Shown here in pieces: positions 34,880 to 43,943 of a stretch of 64,000 bases of DNA. The notes under the pieces were generated by a model. It searched no databases and was not told the DNA's origin. It was given only the letters and a program-made list of their open reading frames with translations. The stretch is from Macrostomum lignano (Eukaryota), in contig NIVC01001304.1 in assembly GCA_002269645.1 (NCBI GenBank), positions 124,001-188,000 of the forward strand. The letters are read 5' to 3'. The translations under genes and the position numbers were made by a program. How positions within the stretch are numbered: position 1 is the first letter of the stretch; each line of letters begins with the position of its first letter.

Positions 34880-36502
34880 ATGTCTCTGTCTGCTGCTACT
34901 GCCGGCATCGACTCCGAGGAGGCCAAGCTGGGCCAGCTGACTGTGCCCGTCTTCTCAACCAAGTGGGCCATCGGCCTGTGCATCTGCAACTTCCTGGTGC
35001 CCGGCCTGGGTGAGGCTGAGCAGCTGCTCAGTGCAGCCAGACTGACCGACTGCGGGATCCCAAACTCCTTTGATCTTACACAGACAGGCCAATTCTGTGG
35101 CGGCTCTTTTCAGCTCCTGTCAGTGTCCTTCAGGTCCCGTCAGTGTCCTTCAGCTCCCTTCAGTGTCCTTCAGCTCTCCTCAGTGTCCTTCAGCTCCCCT
35201 CAGTGTCCTTCAGCTCCCTTCATTGTCCTTCAGCTCCCTTCAGTGTCCTTCAGCTCTCTTCAGTGTCCTTCAGCTCTCTTCAGTGTCCTTCAGCTCCCCT
35301 CAGTGTCCTTCAGCTCCCTTCATTGTCCTTCAGCTCCCTTCAGTGTCCTTCAGCTCTCTTCAGTGTCCTTCAGCTCTCTTCAGTGTCCTTCAGCTCCCTT
35401 CAGTGTCCTTCAGCTCTCTTCAGTGTCCTTCAGCTCTCCTCAGTGTCCTTCAGCTCCCCTCAGTGTCCTTCAGCTCTCCTCAGTGTCCTTCAGCTCTCCT
35501 CAGTGTCCTTCAGCTCCTTTCAGCTCCCTGCATCCCCTCTTCACAGTCCTTCAGTTCCATTCTCAAATGCAAAAGTCTGCAGCGATGCAATTTGGACCTC
35601 CTGCAGGCACCTTCCTGGCCGGCCTGACCGTCTGCTGCCCGTGCAGCGACAATTCCGGCTTTGCCTGCGGCGACCTCTGCCAATCTGCCTGTCTGCAGTT
35701 CGGCGTGGCGCTGCTACAGCTGCTGCTGACTCCCCTCTGCTTTCTGGGCTGGATCTGGAGCTGCGTCTGGGGCTGCACCTTTATCGCCAAGTCCAGTGAG
35801 TGACGTACGAGTGCACCAGAGCCTCAATCAATAGTCTCGTTGAGAGCCTCCTTCATAACCAATCTCTGCAGTGTATTGCAGAATTAGGTCGAGAACCTAT
35901 TGCTTATCACTAATATAAATCTATGCAATATCTCTTGGGGTGCGTTGGGAGCCTCCTTGTCTAGTAGCTTTTTGACTCACACTGAGAACCTCGACCTTGT
36001 CACCTATCTCTGAAATATCTCAAGGAGCGTTGAGAGCCTCCTTGTCACAGATTTAAACTGCAAGCTCCCTGATAACTGATCCTGAAGAAATCTCTAGGCA
36101 TTCGTCGAGAGCCTCATCCTTTACCATGAATGGTTATCACTATTTCCCAAATCTTTGAGCCTAGAGATGGTTTTAATGCAGCAAAACATCAGTGGCCGGC
36201 TTCGCTCCGCAGATCCCGAATGGCGAGCGCGACGCCGCGTGAGTCGCCAACCGGTCGCCGAGTCCAGCTCGCCGGTGACCTCGCAGCCGTCAGCCTCCAG
36301 CAGCCGGTCCAGCTACCTGGGCCTCGCCGCCAGCCTCCAGTCGCAGATGCGACAATTTCGCGCAGGTCGCGGGCTCGACCCCGCCTTGGGGATGCCGCTG
36401 CTGCCGCCGCCGGAGTACCGCGGCCCTGAGGACCCTGCGGACTCGCCGCCGTCCTACGAGGAGGCGGTGCGCGAGGCTGAGCAGATGGAGGAGCAGCAGT
36501 AG
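34880..36502 (+). CDS. stum: Stum/SPEC3-family membrane protein with a PPSY-containing tail. Exons 34880-35009, 35607-35795, 36213-36502
   Basis: Spliced reading LTVPVFSTKWAIGLCICNFLVPGLG|TFLAGLTVCC...GVALLQLLLTPLCFLGWIWSCVWG fits the Stum pattern; phases 1/1 join to ...KSN|PEWR...DSPPSYEEAV. Confidence 0.8.
35125..35525. repeat. 20-bp intronic minisatellite
   Basis: Unit cagtgtccttcagctc(c/t)c(c/t)t. Confidence 0.93.
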
Positions 36503-36554
36503 GGCGTTCGTCTGCAGCAATCCAAGATCATTCTTGGTGCACAAAAACAGATGC

Positions 36555-36588
36555 ATGATTTATGATTTATGATTTATGATTTATGATT
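36555..36588. repeat. (ATGATTT)4 ATGATT; the last 6 bp are the left target-site duplication
   Basis: ATGATT at 36583-36588 recurs at 52642-52647. Confidence 0.92.
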
Positions 36589-37046
36589 AGTAGAAGGCAT
36601 GAGGGGGCTTCTGGGACAAAATTTTTCACCTCCTCCATAATCCACCTAAATCCATCCATATTATCCCTGACAGAATCAGAAAAAAAGGGGGGTCGCACTC
36701 GCTCACAAAACCTCCTCCATAATCCCATTAAATCCATCCATATTATCCCCGACAGAATCATGAAAAAGGGGAGGGGTCGCACTTGCTCCGAAAACTTCGA
36801 ACATAATCGTATTAATTCCATCCATATTATCCCTGACAGAATCAGAGCATAACAAGTGTCCACTAATACCTGTTATGCTCACTGACACTGACATAATCCA
36901 CTAACATCCACCCAGAAACAATCAGAAAATAATCTGCATTCTTCTCCCCACATTCAATCCGAAGCGGCGAAACCAAATCCCAAAGACTTTAAATCCCCAA
37001 ACCCAGGGTCCTTACCCTTTGAAAAAAATCTAAATTCTCAATAAAA

Positions 37047-37289
37047 ATGTTTCCAGTTGTCTCTCCAGGTTCTTATTACAAAGCGCACGAGCCCAATTAC
37101 AAATCCAAGTACCGATGCAAACTTGAATGCAGCGAGTACATGAGAAAATATTGGCCCGATGTTGATATCAATGTCCCTAATATTAATCTAGCTCTCCAAA
37201 GACACTGGTTTCATAAGTATGGAGTAACCTATGTAAAAGATTACGACAGCTACTATTACTTTGCAGAAATCATTAGGCAATTGTGTTAA
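37047..37289 (+). CDS. 80-aa TIR-encoded hypothetical protein (Tyr/Lys-rich)
   Basis: ATG preceded by caataaaa, like most other element genes; identical copy at 51941-52183. Confidence 0.6.
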   Translation: MFPVVSPGSYYKAHEPNYKSKYRCKLECSEYMRKYWPDVDINVPNINLALQRHWFHKYGVTYVKDYDSYYYFAEIIRQLC

Positions 37290-37298
37290 AAAACTGAA

Positions 37299-37432
37299 AG
37301 GCCAAAATCCTTTTCATTCTGGCCTCGCCCGAGGCCAAAATCGTTTTCATTTTGGCCTCGCCCGAGGCCAAAACCCTTTTCATTTTGGCCTTGCGCGAGG
37401 CCGAAATCGTTTGCATTCTGGCCTTCACTCGA
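37299..37432. promoter_or_regulatory. 33-bp-period array of four GC-rich palindromes inside the TIR (function unknown)
   Basis: TTTTGGCCTCG-CC-CGAGGCCAAAA; GGCC starts at 37321, 37354, 37387 and 37420. Confidence 0.6.
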
Positions 37433-37646
37433 GACGGAATTCTTCCTCGGCTGGGCTCAGTTAAAGTGAAAATCTCTCTCCCCCACGCGTGCTGCGCCCA
37501 TACACATACACTCCCCTCTCCCCCACACACGCGAGGCCCGCGCCCTCATACTGCCAGAATGGGGTAAGAGATTTTGAGTACACATGCGCGCATTTTTTCA
37601 TACCATTCTATTCTCGGCAAGCATACTTAAAAGGGAACGCATTTTC

Positions 37647-38510
37647 TCACATTCTCTCAATGATCAACGTCAATACAAACTCTTCACCGTTGAGGTCGAC
37701 ACCCACCCCATCTTCAGTCTCAAACTGTAGCACAATCTCGTGAATCTCCTTATTACTCAATACAACTCTTTTCACTGGATTTGGTTTCTCTACCACCATC
37801 TGTCCTCCAGCTACAGAGTTGGAGATGTTGTACAAAATATTAGTTCGCTTTCCCTTAAATACCCAATCAAGACTGAGATTAGTTCTGATTAGAATATTCA
37901 AACCCTTTACAATGTCTGCTATATTGGGTGCTAAGAACAAACCGCGTACACTTTCCCGGGCCATGATAACAGCCCCCGTCGCTTGAGTGGCGGTCCGCGC
38001 CGCGGATTCTGCCTTATAAACTTTCTTCTCGAATCCTAATTCCCTATACCAAGTGTCATCTTTAAACTCAACCTCCGCATTTTTGTGAACTTGCATGACC
38101 ACTCTCATTACAGTGAGATCATAGGATAGTTTGACAGGGAACAGTTTTTTATCTGGCTTACTCGCATCAGGTGTCTCAAAATGGCCTCTCTTAGTAAAGA
38201 CATTTTCTAGAAAGTTATTGTAGGTATCCACACTTTGCGTGCTCACATGGAATACCACAGGTTCTGCTGCTGCACCTTTCCATTTGTAATAAAACTTATT
38301 ATTTGCTGCCATCACATTGGGAACGTTTGACCAACCAGTGAAGTCGTTAAGATAGACATGGTAATTAGCTCCTGGATCCAGGCGAATCGCCTGCTCTAAT
38401 TTTTCAACAAACATCCCGTTTGAGTCATTAATTCGCCCAGTTATTGTAATAGGAATGCTCTCCTTGGAGTGAGAAACAATATTATTTAGTCTTTCAGCAA
38501 TCGCTTCCAT
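37647..38510 (-). CDS. Minor capsid protein (penton, single jelly-roll)
   Basis: IRLD...YHVYLNDFTGWSNVPNV...NNKFYY and C-terminal IHEIVLQFETEDGVGVDLNGEEFVLTLII match my recollection of the Polinton mCP pattern; lies next to the MCP. Confidence 0.8.
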   Translation of the reverse strand: MEAIAERLNNIVSHSKESIPITITGRINDSNGMFVEKLEQAIRLDPGANYHVYLNDFTGWSNVPNVMAANNKFYYKWKGAAAEPVVFHVSTQSVDTYNNFLENVFTKRGHFETPDASKPDKKLFPVKLSYDLTVMRVVMQVHKNAEVEFKDDTWYRELGFEKKVYKAESAARTATQATGAVIMARESVRGLFLAPNIADIVKGLNILIRTNLSLDWVFKGKRTNILYNISNSVAGGQMVVEKPNPVKRVVLSNKEIHEIVLQFETEDGVGVDLNGEEFVLTLIIERM

Positions 38511-38534
38511 TTTTTTTTCACATAAAAAAAATAT

Positions 38535-39821
38535 TTAAACTTTACTGGATGAATTGTTGATCATGTTAAGCTTCACCTTCCTCTCAAATGCATAGATAAT
38601 GTACAAGTCCACAGGTGTTGCGTCAGTCCTCTCAATGTTAGTCACGATATTCACAGGGCTGTTATCAGTAGGCATTTGTCTGGCAGACACATCAGCGCCA
38701 AACATCGGATATAGAGTTCCATATTGAAGAGCAGTGATAGCAATTCCGTTGTTCTCTTTCACAGCCAAGTCGACCAACTCGCTGTAAAATTTGCTAATCT
38801 TGTTCTGACTGAAATCTCCATTTTGTGGCAGTGCAGGGTAAAGATTATCACTGATTTCATGCTGAATGGACCGCACGTCTCCATGCATGTAGCGTATAAT
38901 GCTATTTGGGTTTCTCATGTTAATAATAATATACCGTGGATTGCTGCACGATCCCTCTTTAATGCAGATGTTTGTTCTAGTTTCGTTTCGCTCATCTCGA
39001 CACATGTAGGCCGTGTATGCAACATCAATGTCCTTCTCTATTGCCTTAAGATAGTCTGCTTTTAGTGCAGTCTTTGGCTCAATGACTTCCAAATACAGCT
39101 CGATTCCGGTTAGCTTCACCTCCATCCTTGTGTGATCCGCCCCAGTCCACAACACTCTACTGCGATCATCTCTAGTCATTCTAAAGGTGTAGCTAAAGTT
39201 ACTAGTCAGTCGATTAAATTTATTACAGAATCCACTCATGAATCTCAGTGGTACAAATACATCAACAGACCGATACAGTGGGTTTTTAGCAGCATCATTA
39301 GCACCTTGCAATGCATAGTTGTATCTCTTCTTCCTCTTTTTATAGCCACTGTCATTGATATCTCCTTCTTTTTCATCTGCAACAAAACCCGCACCACTTC
39401 CCAACTGAATAAAATCAGGATTCTCGATCAAACAATGAGCGTCATAGACAATTCCAAAGTTGGCGATTCGCTCCAACTCTGTGCTCCCATTCGATACACT
39501 AAACTCCTTGAACATGTACGCCCAAAAGTTACTGATCAGAGCCACATCTGCATCATGCTTGTCAACGTTAGCACGAGCCGCATCCGCACCACCCTTTGTC
39601 TTGAATTGAAATGTCATATGGAAACCGCTCTTAAGACTGTGCACACTAACCAAAGACGAACATCCATTGTATGTGAATGTCAGTGTTTGGCCAGGACCAA
39701 GATTAGTTTCATTCTGATTTTCCTGACTGGGAATTCTTACCTGAGTCGCTTTGATTGTGCTATCATCACTCAAAATAGGCTTGTTAATTTTGTAGAAAAC
39801 TGGTGTCAGTGGGTCGTTCAT
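38535..39821 (-). CDS. Major capsid protein (double jelly-roll), 428 aa
   Basis: SDDSTIK..., NFWAYMFKEFSVSNGSTELERIANFGI, VFVPLRFMSGF, PRYIIINM, LYPMFGADVS; size and position typical of Polinton MCP. Confidence 0.85.
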   Translation of the reverse strand: MNDPLTPVFYKINKPILSDDSTIKATQVRIPSQENQNETNLGPGQTLTFTYNGCSSLVSVHSLKSGFHMTFQFKTKGGADAARANVDKHDADVALISNFWAYMFKEFSVSNGSTELERIANFGIVYDAHCLIENPDFIQLGSGAGFVADEKEGDINDSGYKKRKKRYNYALQGANDAAKNPLYRSVDVFVPLRFMSGFCNKFNRLTSNFSYTFRMTRDDRSRVLWTGADHTRMEVKLTGIELYLEVIEPKTALKADYLKAIEKDIDVAYTAYMCRDERNETRTNICIKEGSCSNPRYIIINMRNPNSIIRYMHGDVRSIQHEISDNLYPALPQNGDFSQNKISKFYSELVDLAVKENNGIAITALQYGTLYPMFGADVSARQMPTDNSPVNIVTNIERTDATPVDLYIIYAFERKVKLNMINNSSSKV

Positions 39822-39851
39822 TATTTAACTAAAAATAAAATAAAATAAGAA

Positions 39852-41084
39852 ATGAAGCGAAAAAGTACACAGCAGATATCTGAATTGGAGAAGCTAGCAC
39901 AAGCAGAGAAACGAGTTACCGGGCTAATAAATAAGGAGCAACAATCCTACAATGATTTTGTCCAAGCAGCCACCGAATTTCACAAACCCGGATACACAGA
40001 AGCGAAGAAAAACCTCGACACTGTGAAGGAAGCAGTTGATGATATTCAAGAGAGCCACTTGCAAAACACTTTGGGTAAAATCCCATCTTCACCGGGACAA
40101 CCACAGGCTCAGGAACCAGGACAACCAGTGCAGATGAAAGTGACGGATAACTTTTTTGGCCCCGTATTGGATGATGGAAAATATATTTTTGGAATTAGCG
40201 CCTGGCGAAAAAATATTACCAGGGAACCGGCGGATTACAACATTGAAGTGACAAAGGAAAATATTTTAATCAATAAAGGCGCAGAAACTAAACGAATCCC
40301 CTTCACTCAAAGTTTACTCGACTACATGACTAAAAATCTAGAGAAAACGTCTAAAAAACAGTTCGAAAATTACAAAGATCTTGTTACCTTCGCTTTAGAG
40401 AGGGATATAGATATGCTCAAGAACGACGGTGTTTTGAAAATTTTACATGAAAACGGGATTGACTTGAACAGGTTTAAAAAATACAAATACTTTCAACAAT
40501 GGTTTGGTTTGCCGGATCAAGAAGAGGTCATAAGACAACAACCAAAACCACAGCAGCAGCAACCACAACCACAGCAACCACAACAACCACAACCACAACA
40601 GCAGCAACTAAAACAACAACTACAACAACAACCACAGCAACCACAAACACAAACACAACCACAACAACCTTCACCGCCACAGCAACAAATCACACCCGAA
40701 CAAGTACTAGAAGCGCTTGAAAAAGCAGGGCCAAATGAGATTTCCCAGTACAAAGATACAAACCCTGATACTTGGCGACAATTAGAGCGGCTCTCCCCAG
40801 AACGAATGAAGCGAATCAATGACAGAGTATTCACACCTCAACAAAGACAAGCGCCACATGACAGTTCCTCCTCTGACCAATCATTCGAATCACCTCCAAG
40901 CTCTTCCGGAAAAGGAATTTCTGAAATCTACAAGCGAGTAGCGGTTCTTCTAGGAGCGGCAAAGACCGGAATGAAAGATGAGAATAGAAAAGAATTTGTC
41001 AACATCCTGGACAAAATGCTTGAGAGAAAATACATCGATAAGAGGGCGAGAGAGCTTCTGCTTTCGCGGTTCAACAAAAAATAA
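39852..41084 (+). CDS. PZ-like conserved Polinton protein with a Q/P-rich insert
   Basis: C-terminal IYKRVAVLLGAAKTG...EFVNILDKMLERKYI resembles the L..RL.LL.AS..AGN...EI..I...L motif; poly-Q/P at about 40540-40690. Confidence 0.6.
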   Translation: MKRKSTQQISELEKLAQAEKRVTGLINKEQQSYNDFVQAATEFHKPGYTEAKKNLDTVKEAVDDIQESHLQNTLGKIPSSPGQPQAQEPGQPVQMKVTDNFFGPVLDDGKYIFGISAWRKNITREPADYNIEVTKENILINKGAETKRIPFTQSLLDYMTKNLEKTSKKQFENYKDLVTFALERDIDMLKNDGVLKILHENGIDLNRFKKYKYFQQWFGLPDQEEVIRQQPKPQQQQPQPQQPQQPQPQQQQLKQQLQQQPQQPQTQTQPQQPSPPQQQITPEQVLEALEKAGPNEISQYKDTNPDTWRQLERLSPERMKRINDRVFTPQQRQAPHDSSSSDQSFESPPSSSGKGISEIYKRVAVLLGAAKTGMKDENRKEFVNILDKMLERKYIDKRARELLLSRFNKK

Positions 41085-41100
41085 TTTATTTCAAGTAAAA

Positions 41101-41481
41101 ATGCCAATTATTTTCGAAAAAGACATTGACAAATACTACGACAAAGAGGAACTTAATCTCATTAAACGCGGATCTGGACTTTTCCCTGCAGGCCACTATC
41201 CAAGAAAAGAACGCTCAGGGAACGGTCTTGCTGATTTGATCGCTCAAGGGGCCAAGATTTTTAAGGTCATTGGAGAGAACAAAGAGAACATCAAGAACGT
41301 TGCCGAAGCGGCTGGCAGTGTAGCCACAGCAGCCAAAAAGATAAAGGATACGGTTCATGAAACCCGGAAATCAATACCAGATATTCAACCCCTTGCACCG
41401 AGTGCAGATAGTGTCGATCCAGCCATCTACGCAAAGATGAGAGCTGAATATAAGAAAGGAGGCGGTTTTAAATTTGACTAA
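41101..41481 (+). CDS. Small virion core/cement-like protein, 126 aa (start 41101 rather than 40978)
   Basis: aaaaATG context; RGSG|L, SGNG|L and KGGG|F motifs; amphipathic LADLIAQGAKIFKVIG. Confidence 0.65.
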   Translation: MPIIFEKDIDKYYDKEELNLIKRGSGLFPAGHYPRKERSGNGLADLIAQGAKIFKVIGENKENIKNVAEAAGSVATAAKKIKDTVHETRKSIPDIQPLAPSADSVDPAIYAKMRAEYKKGGGFKFD

Positions 41482-41677
41482 TTTGGTGCACCCTGACGGT
41501 AAAAGAGGTGTGAGGGTGTAGGACTAGTCGGATGTAGGACTAGTCGAAAAAAGACACACACAACCCGAAAAAAGACACACACATCCCGCAAAGAGACACA
41601 CACATACACATCCCGAAAAAAGACACACGCGTCTTAAATACACAAGTTTAAAAAGAAAAAGTTTTTTTTACATAAAA

Positions 41678-42478
41678 ATGGACTTCACAAACGACTTTCA
41701 TCCCCACTGGACACGCAATCAGATAAAATTTGCTCACAACGAGATAATTCCAGGGCACTTCCGATGCATTGTTGTTGGCTCATCTGGGTCAGGGAAAACC
41801 TTCAGAGTTTTTAACATGCTCCTCAGACCTGGATTCCTCGATTATGACACACTACATATCTATTCACCCACTCTGTATCAAGATGAGTATAAAATGCTAG
41901 TAGCGGGCCTACAGAACAAACTCAACAAGGAAGATATTATTCAATGTTTTAGACATCAAAAAGACCTCAACAGCAACCCGGAAGTTGTAGCCACTGAATA
42001 CGCAAAGCACATCCCAGACAATGAAAAATGGCAAAACATTAAAGTTTTCACTTATGGAGATCCACAGATAGATCCTAAAACTAAACTCTTACCTCAACCT
42101 GATGAACTAGAAAAGGGGAGAAAGCACCTGATTGTCTTTGATGACTGCATGACCGGTCCCCAGAAACAGATAGAAAATTATTTCACCCGGGGTAGACACA
42201 ATAACTGCAATGTTATTTACATTGCCCAAAACTGGTTTGAACTGCCAAATAAAACAATTAGAGGCAACTGTAATTTGATTCTCCTTTTCCCAACCATACC
42301 ACAGGATCGACTGAAACGATTTTATAATGAGGTAATTGCCCCAGCTCACATTACATATCCAGCTAAGAACTCTAACAGAACAATATCACAGGAGGAATTT
42401 GTTAACATATGCTATGAAAAGTGGAACCAACCTTATCAGTTTGTCATGATTAATAAGGAGAAAAGAATTTTACTTTAA
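41678..42478 (+). CDS. A32/FtsK-HerA-type genome-packaging ATPase
   Basis: Walker A GSSGSGKT, Walker B LIVFDD, FTRGRHNNCNVIYIAQ. Confidence 0.95.
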   Translation: MDFTNDFHPHWTRNQIKFAHNEIIPGHFRCIVVGSSGSGKTFRVFNMLLRPGFLDYDTLHIYSPTLYQDEYKMLVAGLQNKLNKEDIIQCFRHQKDLNSNPEVVATEYAKHIPDNEKWQNIKVFTYGDPQIDPKTKLLPQPDELEKGRKHLIVFDDCMTGPQKQIENYFTRGRHNNCNVIYIAQNWFELPNKTIRGNCNLILLFPTIPQDRLKRFYNEVIAPAHITYPAKNSNRTISQEEFVNICYEKWNQPYQFVMINKEKRILL

Positions 42479-42493
42479 TTTTTCATTTAAAAA

Positions 42494-43168
42494 ATGTCTA
42501 TTAATTTTGCAGGTGAATCAACTACAGGCAACAGCACTCTCACAACTTCCTTCCTTGACAAGCGCTACATTAACACTGATGAAGAGATCCCAGAGATCAA
42601 ACTGAATAAAAACAGACTGAAAGCCCTAGAGCGCTCCATGCACCAGTTGCAAATAAACATGGAAGATCTCAGGCTTAAAGTAGCTAGGCAGAAGTTTGAA
42701 AGTGATAAGCTTTATGTGCCGTTGTTAAACGCAACTAATGAACTAAGGTCAGAAATAACTTCGATAGTCTCGCTAATCAACAGCTTAAGATCGACAATTA
42801 ATCTTCTGAGAAACTCCATTGATAGGCGGATGCGCATTCTTGAAGAAGGAGTTTTCACAAACACAGTTAAAGTGAGGAATTTAGAAGAGTTCATGAACCA
42901 GTCAACAGCGTTGCATGATAGAATTAAAGAAAGACTTGATGCAATTAAAGTCTATTTAGATTTAATTTTTACCGAATGGCAGAAATCGTTGAGAAGAATC
43001 AGTCGTCTTGAGGGAGTACACAATCTTCCTAATATTGATACTGTTGAAGAGGCACCACAGACCACAAGGGAAATAAGTGATCCAACCGACTTGACCACTG
43101 ACCACAAATTTCGTGAGCCAACCGGTTTGTTTGAGATCAAGTGTAGAATGGAGCGCATAGACAAATAA
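42494..43168 (+). CDS. Coiled-coil hypothetical protein, 224 aa
   Basis: Heptad-rich L/I pattern; aaaaaATG start. Confidence 0.7.
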   Translation: MSINFAGESTTGNSTLTTSFLDKRYINTDEEIPEIKLNKNRLKALERSMHQLQINMEDLRLKVARQKFESDKLYVPLLNATNELRSEITSIVSLINSLRSTINLLRNSIDRRMRILEEGVFTNTVKVRNLEEFMNQSTALHDRIKERLDAIKVYLDLIFTEWQKSLRRISRLEGVHNLPNIDTVEEAPQTTREISDPTDLTTDHKFREPTGLFEIKCRMERIDK

Positions 43169-43282
43169 ATAGGTAGATTCGAAGAGACCCGCTGGCGCCA
43201 ACTGCAGACGAAGCAATCAACCGTAAAACAAATCTAACCACCACCAACTAGTTGCCGATTTTTTTTTTAAAATTCTCTAAAA

Positions 43283-43939
43283 ATGGATGCTCAAAATTCT
43301 CTTTATGATCCGAACGCTCCCACAACACCCACAGCACCTAGTGCACCCCAATATGAGCAGCAAAAACTCTACCCTGTTATTACTTGTAACTCTCAACAAT
43401 TTCGACTGGTGGAGATTCAAAAAATGCGAGATGATCTTGAAAAAAATATTTTCCACAACACAAAGAAAATTAAGCGCTATAACAGCCACTGTAAATTTTT
43501 CGACTACAGCAATATGATTCTAGGATCTGTGTCTGTTCTATCTGGATCTGCTGCAGCTGTCTCAGTGTTGCCAGTCATCACAGCCCCAATCGCAATCCCA
43601 CTCGGCTCTGTGGGTGCTGCATGTGGACTTATTTCAGCAATTACTGGAGCAGTAGCGCGAAACAGGCGAAAAAAACTAAAGCAGCTACAGGAGAAGCAAG
43701 TAAAAGAGAAAGGGGTACACACTTCAATCATAGGGTACATTTCAAGGGCAATCGAGGATAAGTTCATTTCAGAGGATGAGTTCAAAACCATTCAGGATCT
43801 TTATGAACAAACAATTCGAATGAACTTGAACATGGTCGGTACTGATGACATGAGTCAGCTGAGAAATGAACTCGAGAAAGTTCTTCAACATTATGTGGAA
43901 AGAAGGACAACGAGAAGTATAACGAGGAATGCACAATGA
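43283..43939 (+). CDS. Polinton membrane protein with a hydrophobic hairpin, 218 aa
   Basis: LYP...FRLVEI..., hydrophobic ILGSVSVLSGSAAAVSVLPVITAPIAIPLGSVGAACGLISAITG, ISRAIEDKFISEDEF. Confidence 0.75.
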   Translation: MDAQNSLYDPNAPTTPTAPSAPQYEQQKLYPVITCNSQQFRLVEIQKMRDDLEKNIFHNTKKIKRYNSHCKFFDYSNMILGSVSVLSGSAAAVSVLPVITAPIAIPLGSVGAACGLISAITGAVARNRRKKLKQLQEKQVKEKGVHTSIIGYISRAIEDKFISEDEFKTIQDLYEQTIRMNLNMVGTDDMSQLRNELEKVLQHYVERRTTRSITRNAQ

Positions 43940-43943
43940 ACCC

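Larger units (their letters stand above)
36589..37712 (+). repeat. Left terminal inverted repeat (1,124 bp)
   Basis: Reverse complement of 51518-52641; mismatches seen at 36818, 37694, 37695 and 37698. Confidence 0.96.

Noticed and set aside
37261-37743. Other short ORFs duplicated in both TIRs (67, 85, 71, 84 aa)
   Set aside because: They overlap the palindrome array, lack the A-run ATG context, and are duplicated only because the TIR is.
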